The translations under genes and the position numbers were made by a program. From positions 134,168,001-134,232,000 of the forward strand of contig OZ024742.1 in NCBI GenBank assembly GCA_964016885.1: a DNA stretch of 64,000 nucleotides, read 5' to 3'. The stretch is from Eledone cirrhosa (Eukaryota). Each line of letters starts with the position of its first letter. Positions within the stretch are counted from its first letter, which is position 1. Below, in pieces: positions 1 to 14,210 of the stretch. The notes beneath the pieces were generated by a model. It saw only the letters and a program-made list of their open reading frames with translations, was not told the origin of the DNA and ran no database searches.

Positions 1-770
1 CACTTAAGAAAATTCTTTGTCCAAACGAGTTTGTTTCCTGAATAGTTCGAAGCTAGAAATTTTATCCTTGATAGGATATTTCCGAAAGCGACGAAACCCT
101 AAGTGTAGAAACGTAATCCTGATATGCGTATAGGCATTTTTTCTTCTAATTTAAATTGTATACCTAATTGTGTATGGTTGACGGTATATTTTATCGATTT
201 CCACGTGCTATTGAAATGTTGGGTAAATATTCTATAGCGGTTAGTCACGAATAGATTGCTGTCGTTTATTTATCTACTATTTCTTCATAGGTGCCTTTTA
301 ATCTTATAGCTTGGTTTAATTGATTTTTTGTGTGGTTGATTATGCTAATTGGGAGAGGAAATGGTGTATATATATTATCAAATGATTCTATGGACTTACT
401 TTATAGTATATTGCTCTGATTATTTATTTATTAATTCATCATTAAGCCACATCGTGAATGGTTGCCGAAACATATATATTTGAGACTCTGTCTAGTGTGT
501 GTATATGTAAATCTTTATATTTAATAATCCCCCATAAGGTTGAGATGCAATTTGGGCAATATTGGGATGCGCTTTCTAGCAACCAGCCCACTCGCTGTAA
601 GCAACCAATCACATTCTTTCTGACTTAACCACTGCCACGTCACAGTTCTTAGCCACTTTGAATTCGTTTCTGGCGGGGATTATTTGAGAAAATTCTCTGT
701 CTAAATGAGTTTGTTTCCTGATGAGTTCGAAGCTCTAGATTTTATCCTTGATAGGATATTTGGACATACT
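1..770 (+). mobile_element. PLE-type terminal-repeat remnant with partial tandem duplication (about 6-81 repeated at about 687-761); related to the 27406-28850 element
   Basis: Duplicated block gaaaattct..tgt..gagtttgtttcctga..gttcgaagct..tttatccttgataggatattt; 520-720 aligns by eye with 28312-28530. Confidence 0.6.
33..112 (+). ncRNA. Type I hammerhead ribozyme, degraded at G8
   Basis: gtttc-CTGAATA-gttcg...cgac-GAAA-ccctaagt-GTA-gaaac; stem I gtttc/gaaac; the truncated duplicate at about 713 has the canonical CTGATGA. Confidence 0.65.
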
Positions 771-934
771 TTATAGTATATATATATATATATAATATAT
801 ATGTATATATATGTGTATGTGTGTGTGTATATATATATATAGTAATAATAATAATAAATTTGAAGACTAAAACCCAACGAGGGCTCGATAAGGATAAATA
901 TATATTTTTATATAAGAACCGTAGAGCAAATATT

Positions 935-1041
935 TAATAAAATAACATATTAAAGTTTAAGCAAAGTATCGCTGCTTTCACCCTTCAGAAGGTCCGTTAA
1001 GTGTAAAAGCAGCGATTCTTTGCTGAAACTTTAATCTATTA

Positions 1042-1050
<9 letters not shown>
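935..1050. repeat. Imperfect inverted repeat, about 45-bp arms
   Basis: attaaagtttaagcaaagtatcgctgcttt / aaagcagcgattctttgctgaaactttaat. Confidence 0.75.
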
Positions 1051-1102
<52 letters not shown>

Positions 1103-3611
1103 TCTGGTCATTTTTGCGTGTATATTCTGCCGTCACCGTAGTGACAGGATTTTACTAATTATATTTAAAGGTGTATTATTGCAGCTAATTTATAATAAAT
1201 ACTCAAACAGATTTATGCTACTATAATTGACTATATTTTGGCAGTCACATGAATCAATTACATTTATAATTCTTTTTATTAATTTCATTTTTTACAAATA
1301 AAATAAAACGGAAATATTTCAAATTCTGTATATGTGAAATGTGTAATTGTTAACATTAGAAAATGAAAAGAACGAAGTGAAATAAATCAAGACTTAGAGT
1401 AAAAAAACATGAGATGCGAAACAATACATTTGAAAGTATTTGAGATTGAAATTAATGGGTTGATGTGAAGAGTGTTATTGTATACCTGAGTGGGAAGATA
1501 TGAATGTAGAATCGAAGTGAAAGAGGGGTATAATAAGTGTGTAAACATTTTGTGGGCGAAGAAGAATAATGTATAGCTTTCACGTATAGTGAATGCAATA
1601 TCTACTACAATATAAACAATAAACTTACTGAAAAACGGGGGAAAACGTAATACAAAAGGGCGTAATTAACTCATAACTAAACTAAAGTTAATGTGGAGGA
1701 TTACAGTCAAAATATTTACGCGAGAAAAACAGTTTTTATTTGTTATATTCTTATAGTTGATATTTTGTTTAGGTGAGACGATTTCTGTAAAGAACAAATC
1801 TCAGTTGTGGCCTGTGTTGAATTATTTTATCTCACCATACCATCGTATTTTTAGGATACGATAAATGTCAGACTCATACAGTTTATAGATTATATCCCTA
1901 GTATGACATCTTTACCGGAATGATATAATACTGAAAGAAATGAACGTCATAGCTGTAGTTTGCATGTGGCGTTGCATTAGAAGCCAGAAATGGTCACAAA
2001 GCAAGATAGAGTAACATTAAATCTAAGTAAACCCTGTTTGATATTTCCCTATGCTTTTTGTGGAAGGCACTATGAAACCATAAAAACAACAGAAGAACAA
2101 TGAAAGGAACACACATGAAAAATACAGTAAACCTTTAAATATGCTCATCCATACCTACTGGCTCAAATATTGGGTCTGTAAATAGTGTTTGACACGTAAG
2201 AACCAACATTAGACAACCTGCTTTACCTCTTTTGTTTATCAATATCAGTTGAAGTATATGAAGGTAGGAAAGGCAGCTGGACGTTACAGTAGATTTGCCG
2301 AGATGCTCGAAACATTCGACATAATAGCGTACATGTTAGACAAGCGTATAATCTTACAGTGTTGTAAAAACCAATGACTAGCGCAGCAGTAACTTTAAAA
2401 AAAACTGCGAAGTCAAAATGGACGCACTAGAGGAGTGTATCTACAGATACATCAAGTGTATGAGCAGGTTGTAAATGTTACTGAAATGATTATTATATTA
2501 TATTCGGTCCCGTAATTCCCGATGAAGTCGTAGTGGGAACGTATTGACATACGCTTTTTCTAGGGCATCCTTTCCAGTTGATTTGAATTCAGAAATTAGA
2601 GAACCGAAACGAATGCGAAAACATAATTTTATCCGACTTTCTGACAATTCTGCAAATATGCAGCCCGAAAGGATTAATAGAACACGTAATTGGGGAGTAT
2701 TAAGTTCGATTAGACATTGTTCCTCTTTATGCCATGACGGTTTCCAAGTACTGTACACTTTTCTGACTGACAAATGCAGGAGACCCGCTTAACATAGAAT
2801 GAGCTAATATCTGCATGTCTGAAGATGAACGTTGGATGATGTCCTCTACTCTGCAATCTAGCACAGCAATATTAGACCTGTGATGCATATAAAAATGATA
2901 AAAGCAACCAATAAACTCGGAAAATTGGATGATAATAGTAAGGGCATACAGCCCCCCCAAAAAACGTACTCAATGAAAGACGCATTGCCAGATGTACCTA
3001 CTGTTCTTTTCACGAAAAATTGTTACGGATGCTCAATGAATAGTTTGGGAAAGTAAATAAGATATGGCCTGCGGTTCATCTCATATAACTATATAATGAA
3101 GTACAAACATCGGGTAATACGCACCATCCTAAATTGGCTAACAGGGAAAAGTGAAATTAAATGATGATTATTTATTATCTTGTTCCTCCTTATTTCACAC
3201 TAACACTGGAATAGATTTAAAATATTCTGTTTCCATCAGACAAACAGTTAATGGTTTCTACTTTTAAATTCTATCATTAATTTATCGTCATTTTTTGAAA
3301 GAAGGTTACAGCGTAATAATTTGTCGTACTATACTTCAAATCTTATATACGTTTACATATCTTATATGAGATTATGTTACTTTAAATTGCTTTCAATGTT
3401 GGCGTCTGTAAAAGTAAATTGCAAAGATATAAACAACAGTTAATTATGTGAGATCGCTGTTCCTGGACGAATTTTCAACACCTGAATATACATTACAAAT
3501 ATTTCTTTAAAAATTCTGCCATTAGCAGCAGTTTTAACACATATATAAATATATATATAAAAATAACAGATTTAAATCACTTCGGATTTTAGTCTTCACA
3601 TTTATTATTAT

Positions 3612-3832
<221 letters not shown>

Positions 3833-4330
3833 AGCGAGAAAAAAAAAATGTTTTCTCGCTCACATCTCACCCATGTCGGATGGTCTGAATCTATCGTCCA
3901 TGAATTCACCAAGCTTAAGCTTACAGATTTCATGTACTTGTCTCTTCATATCTTTCCGTTGCAATACGATCGTTGTTTGTTTACATGTCTCGCTCATTTC
4001 ACCCTATTTTACTTGTCCCAATAAGTTTATTTAGTTATTGCTCGCACCAACTAGAGGTATATGATTTTTAAAGCGAGGAAATACCAATGAAAGTTGGAAG
4101 ATCACTGATGAAGGACTAATTTTATTCATATGTAACCCATGTGCAACCAGGCAGCTCTCCATTTTTCTCATATATATATATATATGTATATATTAGAAAG
4201 TGAGGTTTTTTTTACAAAATGAAAAATAACCGAGGTGTCCTACACGAGTGAAAGTATAAAGAAAAAGAGATGAAATCGAAAATGTAACTGGAGTCTTATT
4301 TTTTTTAAAAATATATATCTTTATTTGGTT

Positions 4331-4368
4331 CCTTTACCGGTTTCGCAGTTCTTCTGCTTTTCAAAAGG
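4331..4368 (-). ncRNA. Minimal type I hammerhead ribozyme with U3-A8 variant core
   Basis: Minus strand: cctt-TTGAAAA-gcag-aagaa-ctgc-GAAA-ccg-GTA-aagg; all stems pair; stem III is the palindrome ACCGGT. Confidence 0.8.
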
Positions 4369-5213
4369 TGAGTTGAGATGGAGGGTCTGTGGTTTTTCTC
4401 ACATCTGGTTGGTCTCTGAATGTTACTTGTTTTATATGGAAAAAGTGGCTCGAAATGCCAGGTTTTTCGAGAAGTAATTTGATTGGTTTGTCAATAATTA
4501 TAATAAATTTCGCGCCAGTTCGCGTTACAATAGTTCTTCAAATAAGAGGGGGGAGGGCTTGTTACAGGTTGTTTTTTCATATATGAGTGTTTGAATTTCT
4601 TTTTACTTGAAAAAAGGAGGCTCACGAAGGCTTTTTTTTGGTTGGTTATAAATGAAATTATGGCTGTCACGTGAACAAATTTTCATTAAATTTTTGTGCC
4701 CTTATTTGGAAATCCATTCTCTAGCCTTTTTATAGAATTTTTTGATAAAAAGATAATGGTCAAGAGAAAGGGATGTGAGAATTGTTCTGGTTCAGTGAAT
4801 ATGGTTAGTTCGCTGGGGTGTCAGAATTCAGATTTTCTATTGAATAAAGATAGTAAAGATATGTGTGTTTATTTGTGTGCTTGTGTGTGTATGTGCGTGT
4901 GTGTGTGTGTTTGAATTTCTTTACTTTAGAGAAAGGTGGCTCAAGAAGGATTTTTTTTAATAAACGTGATTTGATTGGTTATAAATGAAATTTGGCTCTC
5001 ACGTGAACAAGTTTTCATTACATTTTTGCGCCCTTATTTTGAAAACTATTCTGTAGTCTTTATAGCGAATGTTATGACAATGGAAAGATAGTGGTCAAGA
5101 GAAAAGGGATTGTTCTGGTTCAGTTAATATGGTTAGTTCGCTGGCGTGTCAGAGTTCAGATTTTCTATTGAAGTGAAGATATGTATGTTTATTTGTGTGC
5201 TTGTGTGTGTGTA

Positions 5214-5246
<33 letters not shown>

Positions 5247-5659
5247 GTATTGGAAGATGATTCTATTAGTAGAAATGGGGGAGGGAGTTGTGTGTGTGTG
5301 TATATATATGTGTGTAGGAAAGTGGTTCTATTAGTAGAAATGGGGAGGGAGTTGTGGGTGTGGGGGTTGTTATGTGTGTGTATGGGTGTTATGTGTGTGG
5401 GAGTATAGTTAGCATGTTAAGATGAAGAGAATATATATATATATATATTGTATGTGTGTGTATGTGTGTGTGTAGGAAAGTGATTCCTTTAGTAGGAATA
5501 TTTTTTAATGAACATATTTTCCTTACTTATTCGTGTTTGCAGTTGTATTGTCAGTGCAAACGTATGTTAAGGTTTATTTAGTTCGGGTTTTTATTTTCTA
5601 AAGTAGAAGGTGTTATGTGTGTGTGTGTATGTCATATTATGGTGTTGACATAATGTATA

Positions 5660-6951
5660 TTAAACCTTATTTAATGTTGGTCTATATTTTTGAATAAACA
5701 TATTTTCCTTATTTATTCGCATTTGTTCTGTTGTATTGTTAGCGCAAAGGTAAAATGGGAAGACTTGGAATTTGGGTGTCTTATTACTTGCGCAAATGTT
5801 TAGATGTGCACTTAGTGGTATCTGTCTTGTGGTTGGATCTCGTAATTGTTGGCGATGAACTGTCATTCTGTTTCCGAGTGTGAGTTTAGTTTGTCCTATA
5901 TAATCTTCATTGCATCCTTTACATTTAATGGCATAAAGTAGATTTTTTGATGGGCAAGTGAAGTGATTTTTTACAGTAAAATTTTGTCCTGATTTAAATG
6001 TATACGTGTTGCCTTCAATGAGGTGAGTGCAGGTTCCACAATTAGAGCGACCACATTTTTTGATACTTGGTTGTGGGTTTGTGGTAGGTAATTTGGCATT
6101 GGTGAGTAATGTTTTCAGTGATTTTGGTTGTCTTTTGCTTTTGATTATTTTGTGTGTTTCAAGGGCTTTTTTCATTCTTGGGTTTTGTGAATAGTGTTGT
6201 AAGCTTCCGCATTTTTTGGGTTGTGTGTTGAGATATATGATAGAATATTGGACGTACCTTGAATTTGTTTCTGTTTCCGTAATTCATCAATGCCTATTGC
6301 TTTAGCCATTTCTATTTCATTATTTATTAGTAATAGTGGGTACTCTCTCTCGAGTAGAATTTCCTTTAATTCTTGAAGTCTTTTATTTCGCGTTTCATAA
6401 TTGGAGACAATTGTGCAAATTCTTCTTGCTAGGTTAAAAGGAATGTTCGTCTTCGTGTGCTTTGGATGGTTGGAGGTGAATAGCAGATATTGTTTGGAAT
6501 CTGTTGGTTTGTAGTGTATGTCAGTTTCGATATTTGTGTCTTTTTTTAAGATTAAGATGTCCAGAAATGGGAGTTGATCTTGGCTGTATTCCATTGTGAA
6601 TTGGATGTGGTTATTGATGCCGTTTATTAAGTTTTTGAAATCCTTCCGTTGGCCTAGTGTGTGGGACCAAAGAATGAGGCAATCATCCAAGTAGCGTTTC
6701 CTATTCCCTGATAAATATTTGTGGAAGTTCAATCCGTATTTTGATTTGGAATGTTCATATATCTGGACTTCTAAGTATGCCATGACTAAGTTGGCATAAG
6801 TTGGAGCGGCTTTTGTACCCATCGCAGTCCCCGATATTTGCTTGTAAGTATTGCCATCGAAATCAAAAAAGTTGTTTTGTAAGATACATTTTAATCCCTC
6901 GGTGATGTAGCTTTTTTCTATTCTGTCAGGTATCTCATTGGGATATTTCTC
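5660..6951 (-). pseudogene. PLE RT (C-terminal part), linker and GIY-YIG endonuclease, frameshifted near 6175
   Basis: [64 protein letters not shown]. Confidence 0.92.
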
Positions 6952-6991
6952 TATATATACATATATATACATATAAATATATGTATATATG

Positions 6992-7028
<37 letters not shown>

Positions 7029-7181
7029 GTATATATATGTGTATATATATATCTATATCTGTATATATATATATGTATATATATGTATATATGTATATAT
7101 ATGTATATATATATATATATATATATAGATATATATGTATATATATATATATATAGATATATATATGTATATATATGTATA

Positions 7182-7250
<69 letters not shown>

Positions 7251-7252
<2 letters not shown>

Positions 7253-7425
7253 CGAAGGAAATGTGGTAAGGAACCAGGTGGACCATAACGCACCAAAGTA
7301 CTCAATACTTGGGGTAGTAGAGTGGGTAATAGGAACCAGTAAGACCCCGACAGCTGAGCTCAAGCCGTTTCGACGGCTAATTCTGGACTCAGCTTGAGCT
7401 CAGCTGTCGGGGTCTTACTGGTTCC

Positions 7426-7426
<1 letters not shown>
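7251..7426. mobile_element. Minimal fold-back insertion of the Naiad-A terminus in (TA)n
   Basis: 7251-7390 matches 42103-42241; 7393-7426 is the reverse complement of about 7329-7366. Confidence 0.85.
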
Positions 7427-7460
<34 letters not shown>

Positions 7461-7518
7461 GTATATATATGTATATATATGTATATATATGTATATATAT
7501 ATGTATATATATATATAA

Positions 7519-8085
<567 letters not shown>

Positions 8086-8094
8086 TAGATAGAT

Positions 8095-11000
8095 AACGAA
8101 GGTTTTGTGGTAAGGAACCAGAGGTACCATAACGCACCAGAGTACTCAATACTTAGTGTAGTAGAGTGGGTAATAGGAAAAAGTATGACTCCGACAGCAG
8201 AGCTCAAGCCGTTTGGACGCCTATTTCTGAACTAATTATGAATTGTTAGTCTGGTACATAAACAGCCGAAAGTTTCTAGGGGTACTTCCTTATAGAGGAA
8301 GATAGTAGTTGTCAAGAGGATTGGTCAGCATCTGTTGTAAACACAAATAAGTCTATCATGGCACTGGGCGGGAGTTTGGGGTGGCTGAACTTGCCTGTAG
8401 AACAATGGGGGAGTGGGTGGAGCCGGTCAAGCGTTGAAAGTGAAATCTATACGGCACATTCTCAGGATTGTGTATGAAAGTAGGCCAGAGGAGGTATGCG
8501 AAAAAAGGTTTCTGGAGAAAATAGAGGAGGAACGTTGTAGAATGGGTAAATCAATTGATATTAGGAAACAATAAAAACATAATAAAAGAATAAGAGAAAG
8601 ATATATAAAAATATAAAACTGGATAGTGAGAATTGATAAAAAAACAGAAACTATAGAGTCTAAATTAGCTGCTATATTTAGTTGGTGTGGCTTTTTAGGC
8701 CCATCCTATAGAATGAGTTGAGAATAGAAGATACTAAATAAGAATTATTGAAATTGTAGAATTGGATAGTAAAAGGTAATACAAAATCTATGGGGCCTCA
8801 CACAGCTGCTATCATTAGTTAGTATAGCGTATTCGGCCAATGCTAACTTTAAGTTAATGGGGTGGGGGTACTGAGGCTACAGAGGCCCGATGGGCTACCT
8901 CGGTGTAGGCGAAAGGGGAAGGAATATTATTCTCCACGCCAGGAAGACAGTCCTACTTTTCGACAACTCCAAGTGGATAAAGAGAGCTCCCCTCTCCCCA
9001 TCGACGTCAGTATGGGCGCGGCCGATTCGGCCGAGGTCACCGATCTTATAGGATTATTCCTACTATTTAAACTCACCGAAATGTTTCCTGCATTCGGCGG
9101 TAGATTGTACCGAGACGATGGGCTCCTTACCCTCAAAGAGTACAACTCCAGTAGTACAGACAGGGTCCGTAAACAACTAATCAACTTCTTCCAGGACTGG
9201 GTATTTAAGATTACACTACAAACGTCACTAAACCGAGTCAATTTCCTGGACGTTACCGTCAACCTCGAAAATAATCTGTGCTACCTATACAGGACACCAA
9301 ACGACAAACTGCACTACATCCACCGCCGCTCTAACCATCCTAGAAACATCACCAATAACTTGGTTAAAAACATCTTCCTCCACATATCTCGTGTGTGCGC
9401 TAATGAGCAGATATTCGACGAACATTTGCCTCAGTACAACCAGGCCCTCAAGCGGAGTGGCTTCCGGGAGGAAATATCATTTTATCCAGCTTCCCTTAGC
9501 GGAACAAGCAGGCGACGCCGCCACTCACGCCACGTAATGTGGTTCAATCCTCCTCACAATGCCGAGGTGGCAACAACTATCGGGAAAATCTTCTTTAGGC
9601 TCCTCGAAAATCACTTTCTACTACAACACCGCTACCACAACATAATCAACAAAAACACTATGAAGCTCTCCTACAGCACCACACCTAACTTCACAGAAAA
9701 CATCGTCTCCTAAAACAACAATAAACTCAACCCCTATGGAAGAAACAAACTAGACATTAGCGGAGAGCCGACTAGGGGGTGGAACTGCTCTGATGGATCT
9801 ACGTGCCTCTTCAACAACAGATGCCGAGAACGTAACGTGAACTACAAGTGCAACGTGAGGACGGACACCTCCAAAAAGCTTATATAGGATTAACCGCTTG
9901 TGATTTTAAGACAAGGCTCTACGAACACCGACATATGTTCCGTAACCCGGTCAGGCGACATGCCACTACTCTTTCGGGCCACATCTGGGACCTCCAAGAT
10001 AATAACATAACATACAATCTTACTTGGAGCATACTGTCCAGAGTTAACTCTTACACGGGAAGACGCCGTCAATGTAACTTATGCTCACAGGAAACATTAC
10101 AAATACTGTTTACGAAGGATAAACTCCTAAACAAAAAAGACGAAGTGGTAACACATATGCAAACACATATTTCGTAAGATTTACTTCGCCCTCAAACCCC
10201 CTTACGATCCGGGTGAGTAGACAAGGGCTGAAACACCCCACTGTCGAAGAAGCTAGGGGAAATCCCAGCTTACATAGGTAGATGTACCTCTTTTCTGTTC
10301 TCCTCCTATCACCTCCTTCCACCACCTATCTCCTTCCACCACCGATCTCCTTCCACCATCCGATCTGCTTCCCCGTTCTCTTTTCCTCTTTCGCGTACCC
10401 TGAGGCAGCCCATCGGGCCTCTGTAGCCTCAGTACCCCCACCCAGTAACGTAAAGATTGCATTGGCCGAATACGCTATACTATCTAATCATAGCAGCTGT
10501 GTTACCCCAGAGATTTTGCATTACGTTTTACTACCCAATTCAACAATTTCATTCATTCTTATTTAGTATATCCTATTCTCAACTCATTCTATAGCATTGG
10601 CCTAAAAAGCCACACCAACTAAATATAGCAGTTGTTTTAGACTATAGTTTTTGTTTTTTTCACTTCTCACTATCCAATTTTATATTTTTATATATCTTTC
10701 TCTTATTTTTTTATCATTTTTTTTATTGTCTCCTAATCTCAGTTGATTTACCCATTCTACAACTTCCCTGCTCTTATTTCTCCAGAAACCATTTTTCGCC
10801 TACCACCTCTGGCCTACTTTCATACACATTCCTTATAATTTGCTGTATAGATTTCACTTTCAACACTTGACCGGCTCCGCCCGCTCCCTCGTTGTTCTAC
10901 ATGCAAGTTTAGCCACCCCCTTCTCCCACCCACTACCACGATAGACTTATTTGTGTTTACAACAAATTTTGACCAATACTCTTGACAACTCCAATCTTCC

Positions 11001-11119
11001 CATATAAGGAAGTACCTTCTGAACAGTTCGGCTATTTATCTACCAGACTAAACATTCTAATTTAGTCCAGAAATAGCCGTCGAAACGGCTTGACCTCTGC
11101 CCTCGCGGTCATACTTTTT

Positions 11120-11121
<2 letters not shown>
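8095..11121 (+). mobile_element. Naiad-type PLE (family Nai-A) copy 1: inverted terminal arm 8095-8925, 5'-truncated ORF, 3' region
   Basis: About 8172-8925 is the reverse complement of about 10370-11121; flanked by (TA)n. Confidence 0.9.
8925..10219 (+). pseudogene. Naiad-type RT and GIY-YIG, with stop codon and frameshift
   Basis: DVSMGAADSAEVTDLIGL, LYRDDGL, VNFLDVT, SNHP, WFNPP, KLSYS, AYIGLT, CNLC. Confidence 0.9.
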
Positions 11122-11195
<74 letters not shown>

Positions 11196-11233
11196 ATTAA
11201 ATAAATGGAAAACTATATTTATAAAACCATATT

Positions 11234-11299
11234 TATTTCATTATATATATTTCGGGGATATCATATTAACAATATGATATGCCTTCATCAGACAAAATA
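11234..11299 (-). ncRNA. Type I hammerhead ribozyme (mirror of 11509-11574)
   Basis: tattttgt-CTGATGA-aggc-atatcatatt-gtt-aatatgatat-cccc-GAAA-tatat-ATA-atgaaata. Confidence 0.75.
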
Positions 11300-11508
11300 C
11301 AATATAAACAGTTTTATAGATGAATATATTCGACATACCGTAATAAACATCAACTTCATTTGGAGAGGTTTACGCTAGCAGTAAACTGGAGAGGTTTACC
11401 GCTAGCAGTAAACTTGGAGAGGTTTACTGCTAGCGTAAACCACTCCAAATTAACTTGATGTTTATTACGGTATGTCGAATATATTTATCTATAAAACTGT
11501 TTATATTG

Positions 11509-11574
11509 TATTTTGTCTGATGAAGGCATAGCATATTGTTAATATGATATCCCCGAAATATATATAATGAAATA
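11509..11574 (+). ncRNA. Type I hammerhead ribozyme
   Basis: Intact CTGATGA and GAAA; 8-bp stem I with two G-U pairs; palindromic (AT)n stem III; AUA site. Confidence 0.72.
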
Positions 11575-11889
11575 AATATGGTTTTATAAATATAGTTTTC
11601 CATTTATTTAATATTGTAAATATACTCCAAATATTTGTCGAGTGCTTTTATATCAGTTATAAATATTTACTAGTTGTAACCCAACAATTTTAAATATAAC
11701 TTTACATGTATATATATATATATATATATATACATACATCATACATACCATCCACAATCTCAATTGTGAACCTAATACTAACACTGTTTGAACTGCACTC
11801 TTCGTTATTGTTTCTTTTTTTTTGTTTTTAGCTTCTATATATGTATATATATATATATACATAGTGTGTGCGTGTGACTGTCTGATTGT

Positions 11890-12427
<538 letters not shown>

Positions 12428-12484
12428 CGTGAGGGTGTGTGTATGTGTGTATGTGTGTATGTGTGTGTGTCTCTGCGCGCACGC

Positions 12485-12525
<41 letters not shown>

Positions 12526-12561
12526 GATCCGAAGGCATGGTTTAATTTCCAATCATTTTAA

Positions 12562-12635
12562 TCACGACACATGTTTTAATAAGAGATAGATCGATCGTGT
12601 AGCCATGATCGATTATCACTGACCTCGTCAAGTGA
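12562..12635 (-). ncRNA. Type I hammerhead ribozyme, degraded (mirror of 14079-14151)
   Basis: tcac-TTGACGA-ggtcagtgataatcgatcatg-gcta-cacgatcgatctatctcttatt-AAAA-catgt-GTC-gtga. Confidence 0.55.
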
Positions 12636-14078
12636 ATATGAATTGTCTTCAAATCCTTGATATGAGGGACAACATTAACGGTGTTCACTCACAGAGTTTA
12701 CTCCCTCATATGAAGATCAAGCAGTCAAAACACGGCGACTGCTATCGTCCTCAGTCAGGGTCATAAAACTATCAAGTCTCTATCTCCCAATAGCTGTAAA
12801 AGAAGCTGGACATCAATCAAATCTGTATAATTACAGTCTGCCACAGTTAATGTGAGTGGGTACACACACACTCACACACACACGACGCGAGGTGAAATAT
12901 ATATATATATATATACATATCCCCACATAGCATCAAATATGTAGAACTATAGAAGGTCACAGTTAGTGTGAGTGAGTACACACACACTCACACATACCGA
13001 CACGAGGTCAAAGAAAAAATATATATAAATATACCAACATAGTATTCACCGAAAGTTAGTTTACAAAATAACAAATGTTATATTGGTCAAATTTCAAATT
13101 GACGATGTAAATTGGAAAAATTGTGGGTCAACCGCAACCCTATACACACGCAAGAAAGTACAGTTCAATGTTCTGCTATACGTGTATAGATTGAATTGGA
13201 ACATCTATGTCTCCAAATAGTGTATGTAATGGTATATACACATCCGTATCGTCCAAAAAAGTGTATGTTTAGGTATATACACATCCATGTAAAGAGCAAG
13301 TAGTCAGCTTATATCGAACTCAGTATGTGCCATTGACCCATTGAGAATCTGATTCCCCAAATCTGTGCGTGCAAGCAACCGCTATGTAGGCAACAAAGGG
13401 CCCTGTGTAGGGTTGGGTATTTGGGATAAGGTGTCAGTATGTGCGATTTCCCAATTCTTTTGGACGATACAGATGTGTATATACCATAACATACACTATT
13501 TGGAGATACGGATGTTACAATTCAATCTATACACGTATAGCAGAACATTGAACTGTACTTACTTGCGTGTGTATAGGGTTGCGGTTGACCCATATGTTTT
13601 CAAATTTGCATCGTCAAATTGAGATTTGACCAATATAACATTTGTTGTTTTGTAAACTAAATTTCGGTGAATACTATGTTGGCATATTTATATATATTTT
13701 TTCTTTGACCTCGTGTCGGTGTGTGTGAGTGTGTGTGTACTCACTCACACTAACTTTGAGCATCTATAGTTTTTCAGATTTGATGCTATGTTGATATATG
13801 TATATACATTTTATTCTTTGACCTCGCGTCGTGTGTGTGTGAGTGTGTGTGTACCCACTCACATTAACTCTGACCGACTGTAATTCTACAGTTTTGATTG
13901 ATGTACAGCTTCTTTTACAGCTATTGGGAGATAGAGACTTGATACTTTTATGACCCTAAATGAGGACGATAGCAGTTGCCGTGTTTTGACTGCTTGATCT
14001 TCATATGAGGGACTAAACACTGTGAGTGAAAACCGTTAATTTTCTCCCTCATCTCAAGGATTTGAAGACAATTCATTT

Positions 14079-14151
14079 TCACCTGAATAGATCAGTGATA
14101 ATCGATCATGGCTACACGATCGATCTATCTCTTATTGAAACAGTGTCGTGA
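14079..14151 (+). ncRNA. Type I hammerhead ribozyme with long stem II, degraded
   Basis: tcac-CTGAATA-...-GAAA-cagt-GTC-gtga; the two arms have different lesions and together restore CTGANGA and GAAA. Confidence 0.6.
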
Positions 14152-14210
14152 CTAACATGATTGGAAATTTATACCGTGGCTTCGGATCTTTATTTTGATA
14201 CGAATACTCC

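Larger units (their letters stand above)
4192..6951 (-). mobile_element. 5'-truncated Neptune-type Penelope-like retrotransposon (family Nep-A) with long 3' region
   Basis: RT and GIY-YIG coding at 5660-6951; terminal sequence shared with 14460-14870 and 57449-57648; both ends abut (TA)n. Confidence 0.9.
11191..11617. mobile_element. ORF-less fold-back element with about 170-bp arms, each carrying an HHR
   Basis: Near-perfect inverted repeat; centre holds three tandem tggagaggtttac(n)gctagc(a)gtaaac units. Confidence 0.85.
12519..14195. mobile_element. Large ORF-less fold-back element (about 740-bp arms, about 190-bp spacer)
   Basis: 12519-13260 is the reverse complement of 13455-14195. Confidence 0.9.

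Noticed and set aside
4105-4140. CTGATGAAGGAC motif (similar lone motifs at about 19705, 21045, 26336 and 62519)
   Set aside because: No properly placed GAAA and stems; 62515-62554 is at most a very degraded remnant
6951-7305. N-terminal extension of the 377-aa RT ORF
   Set aside because: Chance read-through across a TA tract and an unrelated Nai-A terminus
11360-11450. CRISPR-like palindromic repeats
   Set aside because: Units are adjacent with no unique spacers, and the context is eukaryotic
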